From positions 1 to 57,157 of IMG/VR virus record IMGVR_UViG_3300028829_000632: a stretch of 57,157 bases of DNA. One strand, written 5' to 3'. The DNA comes from a virus. Its lineage: Duplodnaviria; Caudoviricetes. The notes under the pieces are model-generated. The model was given only the letters and a program-made list of their open reading frames with translations, ran no database searches and was not told where the DNA came from. Positions 8,934 through 16,177 of this stretch are shown here, piece after piece. Both the position numbers and the translations under genes were made by a program. Numbering within the stretch: position 1 is the first letter of the stretch; each line of letters opens with the position of its first letter.

Positions 8934-9563
8934 ATGTATAACCGCGACAATAAAATGATCCAGAAGTATTCCGATCAAGGTTCAACCCAAACTGCTATTG
9001 CAGCAATGTTTGTTATCTCTAGCATTAGGACTTTTACTTGGCTGTTGCCAGATATGATGGACAACTATCGTGACAAAGGTATGAAATCATTTAATACTTT
9101 AATGCCAAAACAGAAAGAGGGTATTAAATATGTAATGAAAAATAAGGAATGGCTGTACGATTTGGTGCAGAGCTACAAGGCTGGAGATATTTATCCAGAA
9201 GAGTTTCTGATATCTTTGCAGCGTATCCCGTGCATTGGCTTGGTAAAAGCAGGGTTTATCATGCAACTCACCACTGGTGAAGCTGGATGCCTTGACTGTC
9301 ACAATCTAAAGCAGTATGATGTGGACGAAAACACATTCAAAGTAAATGGAAAAGACAAGGGCAAGATAACCGCCGCTAGCTTTAACAAAGCAAGAAAGTA
9401 TCTTGCAGTGTGTAAGGAAATCGGTGGCAGTGAAGTACTTTGGAATAACTGGTGCGATCTAGTAGCAGAAAAATATCCGAAGCACTTTGAAGCTGGTGAC
9501 GATGTATCTTGGTTGCATAGCAATGCTATCATGGGAATCCATCAGACAATGGCAAGGGCATAG
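8934..9563 (+). CDS. HhH-GPD DNA glycosylase-fold protein (putative)
   Basis: LQRIPCIGLVKAGFIMQL..G...CLDCHNL resembles a helix-hairpin-helix plus catalytic Asp; AAGGA RBS before MYNRD. Confidence 0.5.
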   Translation: MYNRDNKMIQKYSDQGSTQTAIAAMFVISSIRTFTWLLPDMMDNYRDKGMKSFNTLMPKQKEGIKYVMKNKEWLYDLVQSYKAGDIYPEEFLISLQRIPCIGLVKAGFIMQLTTGEAGCLDCHNLKQYDVDENTFKVNGKDKGKITAASFNKARKYLAVCKEIGGSEVLWNNWCDLVAEKYPKHFEAGDDVSWLHSNAIMGIHQTMARA

Positions 9564-9566
9564 ACT

Positions 9567-9791
9567 ATGACAAGTGAAGCAATATCAATCGAACCTAATA
9601 TGTATCAAGCCATAGCTTTGAAACATGGCTTGAGACTTTGGATCAGGCATGGTATAAAAGCTAATACTAGATGGACTGTCACCAACATGCTGCGAACTGT
9701 CGGCAAGTTTACTGGTAAAAGCTATAAGCGTAGTAAGCAAGGACAGGAAGAAGCATTGGCAGATATCATTGCATTTATAGAGGGTAATTAA
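9567..9791 (+). CDS. Early hypothetical protein
   Basis: 74 aa, tightly packed. Confidence 0.65.
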   Translation: MTSEAISIEPNMYQAIALKHGLRLWIRHGIKANTRWTVTNMLRTVGKFTGKSYKRSKQGQEEALADIIAFIEGN

Positions 9792-10016
9792 ATGGAAGAT
9801 TTTTCGACACTTATGTTCCATGAAATGGACGAGGACCAACACGCAGCATTTGAAGCAGCGTGGATCATAGGCTGGGCAAAAGATTTACAGGTCGAATGTG
9901 GTATGTCCGCTAAAGAAGCAGAAGAGCAAGCACCTTATGATTATGAAAAGTATCTTAATCAAGAGGGGTATACGCAACGAGACATGTACATAGAATTAAA
10001 CAGAAGTAGAGGGTAA
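9792..10016 (+). CDS. Early acidic hypothetical protein
   Basis: 74 aa, abuts upstream stop. Confidence 0.65.
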   Translation: MEDFSTLMFHEMDEDQHAAFEAAWIIGWAKDLQVECGMSAKEAEEQAPYDYEKYLNQEGYTQRDMYIELNRSRG

Positions 10017-10020
10017 TTAA

Positions 10021-10206
10021 ATGAATGCATATGTCACAGAAAAAATATGTAAAGTTTGCAAAGGCATGACAGAACGTATGGAATACATTCTAACTGTAGA
10101 TAACACTGATATATATTACTGTGATGCCTGTGAAACTGAACACCACTCAACGCCTGTGGAGTATGTAACTCCAGAGGTTATGCTTAGTGAACTATACGGA
10201 GAATAG
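10021..10206 (+). CDS. Small zinc-ribbon protein
   Basis: CKVC...CDAC. Confidence 0.65.
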   Translation: MNAYVTEKICKVCKGMTERMEYILTVDNTDIYYCDACETEHHSTPVEYVTPEVMLSELYGE

Positions 10207-10208
10207 CT

Positions 10209-10391
10209 ATGAAGTATGAAAGCACTGACGACCTTTCTACCCTTCAAATTCTGGAACTTAGTGAGCGTATAGCAGAAGCTATGAAAGTAAAGGATGCGTT
10301 TACTACTGAGGCAGACGTTTTTTATTTTGAAACGAATGACTATCTTGCTGAACTTACAATCAATAAAAACACCATCAATATAAAAAACTAA
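10209..10391 (+). CDS. Early hypothetical protein
   Basis: 60 aa, GGAG RBS. Confidence 0.6.
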   Translation: MKYESTDDLSTLQILELSERIAEAMKVKDAFTTEADVFYFETNDYLAELTINKNTINIKN

Positions 10392-10439
10392 CGGAGAATG
10401 TGTAAGCAACAGTAATTAAATTTTATAAGGAAACAAAAT

Positions 10440-10541
10440 ATGTATGATACGACGACACTAAAAGTAATTACATTAGTTATTACTACTGTGGTGATAGTGG
10501 CAGTAGTATTTGTTGTATATAAATATACAAAGGATATGTAA
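10440..10541 (+). CDS. Single-TM micro-protein (33 aa, not in ORF track)
   Basis: AAGGA RBS; VITLVITTVVIVAVVFVVY. Confidence 0.5.
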   Translation: MYDTTTLKVITLVITTVVIVAVVFVVYKYTKDM

Positions 10542-10542
10542 T

Positions 10543-10773
10543 ATGGCTATGTTATTTCTGTATCCCAGTAAGAAAAATATGAGAGAAAATATTGGTAAGC
10601 CCTTGAAGTATGAGGAAACATCTTTCTTTGGGCCAGAGTACTTGACCGATGGCGAATTGTATGGTAGTAATAGGCCATCAGTTACGGGTATCAAAACCGC
10701 TGAAGGTAAGAAAGCTACTGAGTTTTTTGCTCAGGTTATTATGGAAAATTCTTTAATCAAGAGGGTAATATAA
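10543..10773 (+). CDS. Hypothetical protein
   Basis: YPSKK...IGKPL.Y.ETSFFGPEY...EFFAQV. Confidence 0.65.
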   Translation: MAMLFLYPSKKNMRENIGKPLKYEETSFFGPEYLTDGELYGSNRPSVTGIKTAEGKKATEFFAQVIMENSLIKRVI

Positions 10774-11013
10774 ATGTTTAAGACTGTGAAACTTACTGCT
10801 CGTGTCAACGCCAAGTCACCAAAGTATGGTTATGGTTTCCATTTAATTAGTAATGGGTGGCGTGTAGATGTGCCTTACCATAGCATTACAGTGTTTGGTA
10901 AGTCATCTGTGAAGCCTACCATTCGATCAAAGCGTAGCGGTCTTCGCTGGATTGTGGAGAACAATCGCTCTCGCCTTGTTCGTGTGGCGCACAATGTAGG
11001 ACAAGGAAACTAA
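10774..11013 (+). CDS. Basic hypothetical protein
   Basis: 79 aa, GAGG RBS. Confidence 0.65.
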   Translation: MFKTVKLTARVNAKSPKYGYGFHLISNGWRVDVPYHSITVFGKSSVKPTIRSKRSGLRWIVENNRSRLVRVAHNVGQGN

Positions 11014-11022
11014 TATAAACAA

Positions 11023-11109
11023 GTGAGCGTGGTGAAATTGGTAAACACAACAGACTTAAAATCTGTCGCCAGCTATGGCTTGCGGGTTCAAGTCCCGCCG
11101 CTCACACCA
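11023..11109 (+). tRNA. tRNA-Leu (anticodon TAA)
   Basis: GTGAGCG/CGCTCAC acceptor, ACAGA-CTTAAAA-TCTGT anticodon arm, long variable arm, GGTTCAAGTCC, encoded CCA. Confidence 0.95.
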
Positions 11110-11120
11110 AAGGAAAATAA

Positions 11121-11264
11121 ATGATAAAATCTAAATCAAATACAGTTATAGAACCGACCAAGAAAAAGACAAGTATTGGTGGTAATCATGCTATGGTATC
11201 AAGTAAAACTATGAATAAGAACAGGCGCTCCCGCTACAAAAAATATAGAGGGCAGGGACGATAG
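11121..11264 (+). CDS. Small basic peptide ending YRGQGR (47 aa, not in ORF track)
   Basis: AAGGA RBS; KKKTSIG...MNKNRRSRYKKYRGQGR. Confidence 0.7.
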   Translation: MIKSKSNTVIEPTKKKTSIGGNHAMVSSKTMNKNRRSRYKKYRGQGR

Positions 11265-11266
11265 CA

Positions 11267-11380
11267 ATGGTTGAGATACTCACTTTAATAGTAGAAGCAA
11301 CTGTGTTGCTGGGTGTCTGGGTTAATACAGTTATTAATTTAATTCTTTACAGAAAAAGGAAAAAAGATGCCAAGGTTTAG
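11267..11380 (+). CDS. Single-TM micro-protein (37 aa, not in ORF track)
   Basis: Hydrophobic helix then RKRKK. Confidence 0.5.
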   Translation: MVEILTLIVEATVLLGVWVNTVINLILYRKRKKDAKV

Positions 11381-11606
11381 AGGCTGGGTTTTTCTTGAAG
11401 ATGAGCTACCCTATATAGGATCAGGTGCTAGGCTATTAGAGGCCAAAGTAGGATGGAAATGGGTAAGAGCTAAGTCAGCTACCTATCCTATCCCACAAAA
11501 CTATTCACGCATTTCTTTAACTAAATGGAAAAATATCTTGAGGCGTACTGAAAAGCGTGGCATACCTTGGGATACAACATGGGAGACAGGCAGTGATGGC
11601 AGATAA
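11367..11606 (+). CDS. Hypothetical protein
   Basis: 79 aa, AAGGA RBS, W/R-rich. Confidence 0.6.
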   Translation: MPRFRGWVFLEDELPYIGSGARLLEAKVGWKWVRAKSATYPIPQNYSRISLTKWKNILRRTEKRGIPWDTTWETGSDGR

Positions 11607-11832
11607 TGGTTGGAAGACCAGAGGCAGAGACATCACCAGTTTCTATGAACTGTTTGGTGCCGAGATAGAGTACAATCTAACAGAAGGTAAGAACCCTATC
11701 GTTGTAGTCTATGGTTCATTGGCAGCAGCTATAGATGCAGCGTTCCATCATGCACCTTCCAATGAGGATGCTATGTTTGTAGTTACATCGTTATTGAATA
11801 AGAAGTTAGAAGACTTGACAAAAGAAGACTGA
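11596..11832 (+). CDS. Hypothetical protein
   Basis: Likely start MADNGW overlapping upstream stop. Confidence 0.6.
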   Translation: MADNGWKTRGRDITSFYELFGAEIEYNLTEGKNPIVVVYGSLAAAIDAAFHHAPSNEDAMFVVTSLLNKKLEDLTKED

Positions 11833-11842
11833 TATGTATATA

Positions 11843-11919
11843 CTCCACATAGCTCAACTGGATAGAGCAACAGCCTTCTAAGCTGTAGGTTGTAGGTTCG
11901 AGTCCTACTGTGGAGGCCA
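11843..11919 (+). tRNA. tRNA-Arg (anticodon TCT)
   Basis: CTCCACA/TGTGGAG acceptor, ACAGC-CTTCTAA-GCTGT, GGTTCGAGTCC, encoded CCA. Confidence 0.95.
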
Positions 11920-11926
11920 ACCAACT

Positions 11927-11977
11927 CTATTAGTAACTACTACTTAGCTTACTACGTAAGCAGTAGTTACTTAATAG
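11927..11977. repeat. 51-nt bulged hairpin element, copy 6
   Basis: CTATTA GTAACTACT [ACTTA] GCTTAC TAC GTAAGC AGTAGTTAC [T] TAATAG. Confidence 0.95.
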
Positions 11978-11990
11978 TAAGGAGAATGAA

Positions 11991-12173
11991 ATGTATAGTG
12001 AGACCACAAGTTTTAAGGCTAGTAAGATCGTATGTGATACCCATCGTAACCCTTCCTATACTATTACAAAGGTAACTGTTACCGATATTGAAGGCAATGA
12101 GATTGAACATAAGATTTTTCACAATGACGACATGACTGTAGAAATAGAATTAAAAGAAGAAGTATTGACATGA
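11991..12173 (+). CDS. Hypothetical protein
   Basis: AAGGAG RBS directly after copy 6. Confidence 0.7.
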   Translation: MYSETTSFKASKIVCDTHRNPSYTITKVTVTDIEGNEIEHKIFHNDDMTVEIELKEEVLT

Positions 12174-12316
12174 CAACAGCATGTTGTAATGTATGTAAGC
12201 TCGACAACAATAAAGAATACTGTGTTGGATGTAACCGCACAGTTGAGGAGATACGTCTAGCAGGCGTAGAAACTAAAAACAAAAGAAAGGAAAAAGATAA
12301 TGCTAGTAAAGTATGA
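12170..12316 (+). CDS. DUF1289-like Cys-rich small protein (48 aa, not in ORF track)
   Basis: ACCNVCKLD...YCVGCNRTVEEI matches the PC..VC.LD..C.GC.RT..EI pattern; ATGA coupling. Confidence 0.65.
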   Translation: MTTACCNVCKLDNNKEYCVGCNRTVEEIRLAGVETKNKRKEKDNASKV

Positions 12317-12527
12317 TTATAGTAAAGAAGGAATCTGCACGGCAGAGGAAGCCCTGCGCCGGGTATGTAACTCTGATCTCATCGACTCATTAGAACACAT
12401 GTACGAGATGGATGGTGACATGCTCGTCTCCACATACAATAAACTAATAACTACCATGCACACCTTGATGAGGATTAAGGGGTCTCTTGACAAGGGTGGT
12501 GAGGTTATAGGTGATGACAACAACTAA
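12300..12527 (+). CDS. Hypothetical protein
   Basis: 75 aa, AAGGA RBS. Confidence 0.6.
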   Translation: MLVKYDYSKEGICTAEEALRRVCNSDLIDSLEHMYEMDGDMLVSTYNKLITTMHTLMRIKGSLDKGGEVIGDDNN

Positions 12528-12729
12528 GTTTGAAAGTAAAGAAGAAGTTTTAAAGTATCTTAATGAAGTCTATGATCCGTGGATAACTCCAGTGCTGGAA
12601 GAGTACTGTAGTGTGTCTAATGATATACAATTAGACGAGGTAAACCACTGGGTTGAGAGTGAAATTCTAATCATGGAGAATGAATATGAGCAATGGATCA
12701 ACGACACTTACATCACTCCGGGTCGATGA
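12511..12729 (+). CDS. Acidic hypothetical protein
   Basis: 72 aa, GAGG RBS. Confidence 0.6.
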   Translation: MMTTTKFESKEEVLKYLNEVYDPWITPVLEEYCSVSNDIQLDEVNHWVESEILIMENEYEQWINDTYITPGR

Positions 12730-12877
12730 ACTGATGGCAGAGGGTAAAGCCTCACGCCGTAAGGCATGGGTAATGAGTGAGATTTTGGATACGCTTCAGC
12801 AAGAGGGTGGCGAACGTGCAAGAGAAGAGGCACGAGAATATATAATTAAATATTGTGGTATAAAGGTAGGTGACTGA
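12680..12877 (+). CDS. Hypothetical protein
   Basis: 65 aa, GGAG RBS, overlaps upstream gene. Confidence 0.55.
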   Translation: MNMSNGSTTLTSLRVDELMAEGKASRRKAWVMSEILDTLQQEGGERAREEAREYIIKYCGIKVGD

Positions 12878-13050
12878 TGTCTGGCAATGTAATCTACCCT
12901 GAGTGGACAACCAATCCTAAACTAGATGTCCCGTGGGAATCCGTTAGAGATTTTGTATTCTCATTTGGATACAACCCTGATGATACCAAAGAGTTGGATG
13001 AGTTTATCTACAAAGCTTTTGATCTTATAGTAACTGAGGATAACCAATGA
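12877..13050 (+). CDS. Hypothetical protein (57 aa, not in ORF track)
   Basis: MSGNVIYPEW...VTEDNQ*; coupled at both ends. Confidence 0.6.
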   Translation: MSGNVIYPEWTTNPKLDVPWESVRDFVFSFGYNPDDTKELDEFIYKAFDLIVTEDNQ

Positions 13051-13391
13051 ACATTGAAGGGAAAGTTTGGGGAAGCACACGCCCCTTGCTGCAAACACCA
13101 GCCATTGAAATCCATGAAATTAACATTGATCTCGGTGGTTTTTGTAGCACACATACACATCAAAGTAAGATCAATGCTTTCTATGTTTTGGAAGGAGAGT
13201 TAATTATTAAACGACATAAAGACTATGGCTTGATAGACGAAACACATTTGTTTATGGGAGATATGTGTGTGGTTCCTGCTGGAGAGAAGCATTCTTTTGA
13301 AGCCTGTCAGGAAACCAAAGCCCTTGAAATTTATTGGGCAGAGCTTAACTTTAATGATATCATTAGGGACAATGTGGGTGGCGTGGTATAA
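13047..13391 (+). CDS. Cupin-domain protein
   Basis: CSTHTHQSKINAFYVLEGEL...GD..VVPAGEKHSF. Confidence 0.85.
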   Translation: MNIEGKVWGSTRPLLQTPAIEIHEINIDLGGFCSTHTHQSKINAFYVLEGELIIKRHKDYGLIDETHLFMGDMCVVPAGEKHSFEACQETKALEIYWAELNFNDIIRDNVGGVV

Positions 13392-13891
13392 TGAAATTTA
13401 TGGACCTGACTGATTCTGATAGAGCCTTGGCCTCTAAATTAGCAGAGGAGATGGGAGTTCTTAACAACTCTATCGAGTCAGGTGGTGGTAGTCTCGCTGG
13501 GTTCCTCGGAGAGATAGCAGCACAAAAAATATATGGCGGTGAGATACAGCACACTTATCAGTATGACCTAGTGTTGCCAGATAAAAGGACCGCCGATGTT
13601 AAAACTAAACGTACATCAGTAGCTCCCAGAGATTACTACGAGTGCTCAGTATCTAACTTCAACCCTAACCAGAAGTGTGATGTCTATATCTTTACCCGTG
13701 TATCCTATGACAACAAAAAATGCTGGGTACTGGGACACTACGATAAGAAAAAATATATAGAAGACGCACGGTTTCTTAAAAAGGGACAGACGGATGGAGA
13801 CAATAACTTTACAGTACGTGCTGATTGCTATAACCTACCCATCCTTGACCTAGAAAAATGTCCAGAGGAGCAGCCATGTCATACATTATAG
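13391..13891 (+). CDS. PD-(D/E)xK nuclease-fold protein (putative)
   Basis: GFLGEIA...YDLV....ADVKTK. Confidence 0.55.
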   Translation: MKFMDLTDSDRALASKLAEEMGVLNNSIESGGGSLAGFLGEIAAQKIYGGEIQHTYQYDLVLPDKRTADVKTKRTSVAPRDYYECSVSNFNPNQKCDVYIFTRVSYDNKKCWVLGHYDKKKYIEDARFLKKGQTDGDNNFTVRADCYNLPILDLEKCPEEQPCHTL

Positions 13892-14064
13892 TACAGGTTC
13901 CTGAAAAACCAGACCTTGAAGAAACAACACCCCTCGTATCGGAGGATGGTGATAGCTTAGAAACATTTGAAACTATGCTAGAAGCACAGCAATTCATGCA
14001 AGAAATTCTTGAGCCTTTCTTCGGAAACTATATATATGGCCTTGAAATTTTAAGGATACATTAA
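13876..14064 (+). CDS. Hypothetical protein
   Basis: GAGGAG RBS before MSYIIVQ. Confidence 0.6.
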   Translation: MSYIIVQVPEKPDLEETTPLVSEDGDSLETFETMLEAQQFMQEILEPFFGNYIYGLEILRIH

Positions 14065-14537
14065 TGTTTAAATATATTTTAAGCAGCCTGTTACTGCTCT
14101 TGCTTATCAGTCCTGCAAAAGCAGATGAACGTACATGCTTAGTCGAAGCAGTTTACTTTGAGGCTAGGTCAGAAACTTTAATAGGAAAGTTAGCAGTAGC
14201 TAATGTAATTCTAGAAAGAATGTACAATAAATCTTTCCCAAATACTATATGCGGAGTAGTTAAACAAGGTATGTATTGGGAAGGAAAGCCAGTAAGAAAC
14301 AAATGTCAATTTTCTTATTGGTGCGACGGTAAGACTGAGAGTATGAACAACAGCAAGGCGTTAGAGGACGTTGTTAAAGCAGTTAAATTAACATTAGATG
14401 GTGTGATGTTACGTAATACTTTAGGAGCTACACACTATCATGCAGTATATGTATCGCCATCATGGGCTGTGTCTAAAGAGTTTGTGCTTATGGATACAGT
14501 GGGTGAGCATATCTTTTATAAGAAAGCAAAGCAATGA
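14064..14537 (+). CDS. SleB-like cell wall hydrolase (Hydrolase_2) with signal peptide
   Basis: CLVEAVYFEARSE, FPNTICGVV.Q, CQFSYWCDGK, GATHYHA.YV.P.W, GEHIFY. Confidence 0.9.
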   Translation: MFKYILSSLLLLLLISPAKADERTCLVEAVYFEARSETLIGKLAVANVILERMYNKSFPNTICGVVKQGMYWEGKPVRNKCQFSYWCDGKTESMNNSKALEDVVKAVKLTLDGVMLRNTLGATHYHAVYVSPSWAVSKEFVLMDTVGEHIFYKKAKQ

Positions 14538-14668
14538 ATGATGCACAGAAAATTCTAAAGCTGGAGCAGTATATTTTTATCTTGAAGAAAGCTATAGAAG
14601 ATAAAGAAGAGACAATTAAAAAACTAAGCGCGCAACTAGGAATTAACAGAGGCAAGTGGGCAGAGTAA
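14534..14668 (+). CDS. Small coiled-coil protein (44 aa, not in ORF track)
   Basis: Coupled at both ends. Confidence 0.5.
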   Translation: MNDAQKILKLEQYIFILKKAIEDKEETIKKLSAQLGINRGKWAE

Positions 14669-14853
14669 TGGCAAAAAATCTATGGGAAAAAGAACGTAAC
14701 CATTTGTTTCGTGATCTCACTAGACAGTACAGTGACGAAGGCTACACAGCCAAGGAAGCTAAGAAGCTTGCCAAGGAAGAGATTGACGAGATCATGGAGG
14801 ACAAGGAAAGCTTTGTAGATAATCTATGGGAGGAAACTTTCAATGATGGTTGA
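14668..14853 (+). CDS. Hypothetical protein
   Basis: MAKNLWEKER...ETFNDG*. Confidence 0.65.
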   Translation: MAKNLWEKERNHLFRDLTRQYSDEGYTAKEAKKLAKEEIDEIMEDKESFVDNLWEETFNDG

Positions 14854-15361
14854 TGAAGAATACCTTAACTTGTTTAACGCGCTCGACAAACTTACAAAAC
14901 TTCCAGCAAAAGTATGTACCAAATGTAAAAAAAATAAACTAATAACTGAGTATTATAAAAAAGGTGATCGACGTTACTCACCTCTGCGTCGAAAAGCAGA
15001 ATGTAAAACATGTGTAAGAGAATCGCAACAAAAATATAAAAAAGAAAAACCTTTTAATATGAGACATTCTCGTATTAAAAACCGTTCTCGTATAAACAAA
15101 TTACCTTTTAATATAACAGTAGAATACTTAGAGTCTATTTGGACTGATACCTGTCCTATTCTGGGACTTAAGTTAGACCTTTTAGCCACTAAACATGCTG
15201 ACAATGCGGCACAATTAGATCGCATTGTACCTGATAAAGGATATGTAAAAGGAAATGTTTCTTGGTTATCTGCCAGAGCTAACCGATTAAAAGATGACGC
15301 AACAGCAAAAGAACATATGCAAATTGCACAATGGATGTTAGGACAACTGAATGACGGCTAA
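14843..15361 (+). mobile_element. Free-standing HNH-type (homing) endonuclease gene
   Basis: CTKC..CKTC zinc finger; TCPILG...LDRIVPDKGYVKGNVSWLS.RAN.LK; more AT-rich than its flanks. Confidence 0.75.
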
Positions 15362-15995
15362 ACTTATAGACCACATGGGCAGTGATGTTACTGTTGTAAA
15401 TGCAGCAAGGGTATCGTTCAACAAACGCTCACCCAAAAGTAAACCAATCTCTGACAAAGATGCTAAGTTAATTAACTATCTTGCCAAGCACAATCATTGG
15501 ACACCGTTCGGACACTGCTCCGCACAGTTCCACATGAGAGCGCCTATCTTTGTAGCTAGACAACTTGGTAAGCATCAGGTAGGGTTGGTATGGAACGAGG
15601 TGAGCCGTCGCTATGTGTCTGATGATCCAGAGATGTGGTACACAGAAGAATGGCGTAAAGTTGCTGACGATAAGAAACAAGGATCATCAGAAGAGTTAGT
15701 AATGTCACCAAAAATTATGAGCAACATCTACAAAAACGCTATAGATCATGCCACAGAAGCATACAAATCTTTACTCTCCCAAGGAGTATGTGAAGAACAG
15801 GCTAGGGCTGTGCTACCACAAGGTATGTATACTGAATGGTACTGGAGTGGTAGCATCGCAGCCTTTGCTAGGGTTTGTAAGCTACGCCTAGCTAGTGATA
15901 CGCAGAAGGAGACAAGGGATGTAGTTAAGAATATAAATAGGCAACTCGAACAAAGATTTCCTGTGTCATGGAGAGCTTTACAAGGAGCGATGTGA
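15351..15995 (+). CDS. thyX: Flavin-dependent thymidylate synthase
   Basis: VVNAARVSF, HNHWTPF, APIFVARQLGKHQ, NEVSRRY, EQARAVLPQ. Confidence 0.95.
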   Translation: MTAKLIDHMGSDVTVVNAARVSFNKRSPKSKPISDKDAKLINYLAKHNHWTPFGHCSAQFHMRAPIFVARQLGKHQVGLVWNEVSRRYVSDDPEMWYTEEWRKVADDKKQGSSEELVMSPKIMSNIYKNAIDHATEAYKSLLSQGVCEEQARAVLPQGMYTEWYWSGSIAAFARVCKLRLASDTQKETRDVVKNINRQLEQRFPVSWRALQGAM

Positions 15996-16174
15996 TGGTA
16001 AAAAAATGGGCAGTTAGAAATATCAATACAAATACTTTAGTGAGTAAGGACATCAGAACAAGAGGCGAAGCCGAAGAAACTCTTGACTATTACAGCAAAT
16101 TGTATTATGCTATCTACTCAGAGCGACGTACAGATTATAAGAAACTCTATGAAATTGTATCTAACAGTGAGTAA
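15995..16174 (+). CDS. Hypothetical protein
   Basis: AAGGAG RBS, TGATG coupling. Confidence 0.55.
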   Translation: MVKKWAVRNINTNTLVSKDIRTRGEAEETLDYYSKLYYAIYSERRTDYKKLYEIVSNSE

Positions 16175-16177
16175 GCT

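Noticed and set aside
6967-11977. 51-nt repeats as a CRISPR array
   Set aside because: Intervals are ~180-3300 nt, irregular and contain RBS-led genes; no cas operon (the Cas4-like exonuclease is a routine replication-module gene)
6967-11977. Repeats as canonical integron attC sites or CtrA boxes
   Set aside because: No tyrosine recombinase is seen; RYYYAAC/GTTRRRY is not met and copy 1 loses AAC/GTT. CTAA-N7-TTAG only loosely resembles TTAA-N7-TTAA, and covariation favours structure over sequence
6967-11977. Repeats as intrinsic terminators
   Set aside because: No U-tract on the + strand, AT-rich stems, and copy 2 lies immediately downstream of a promoter
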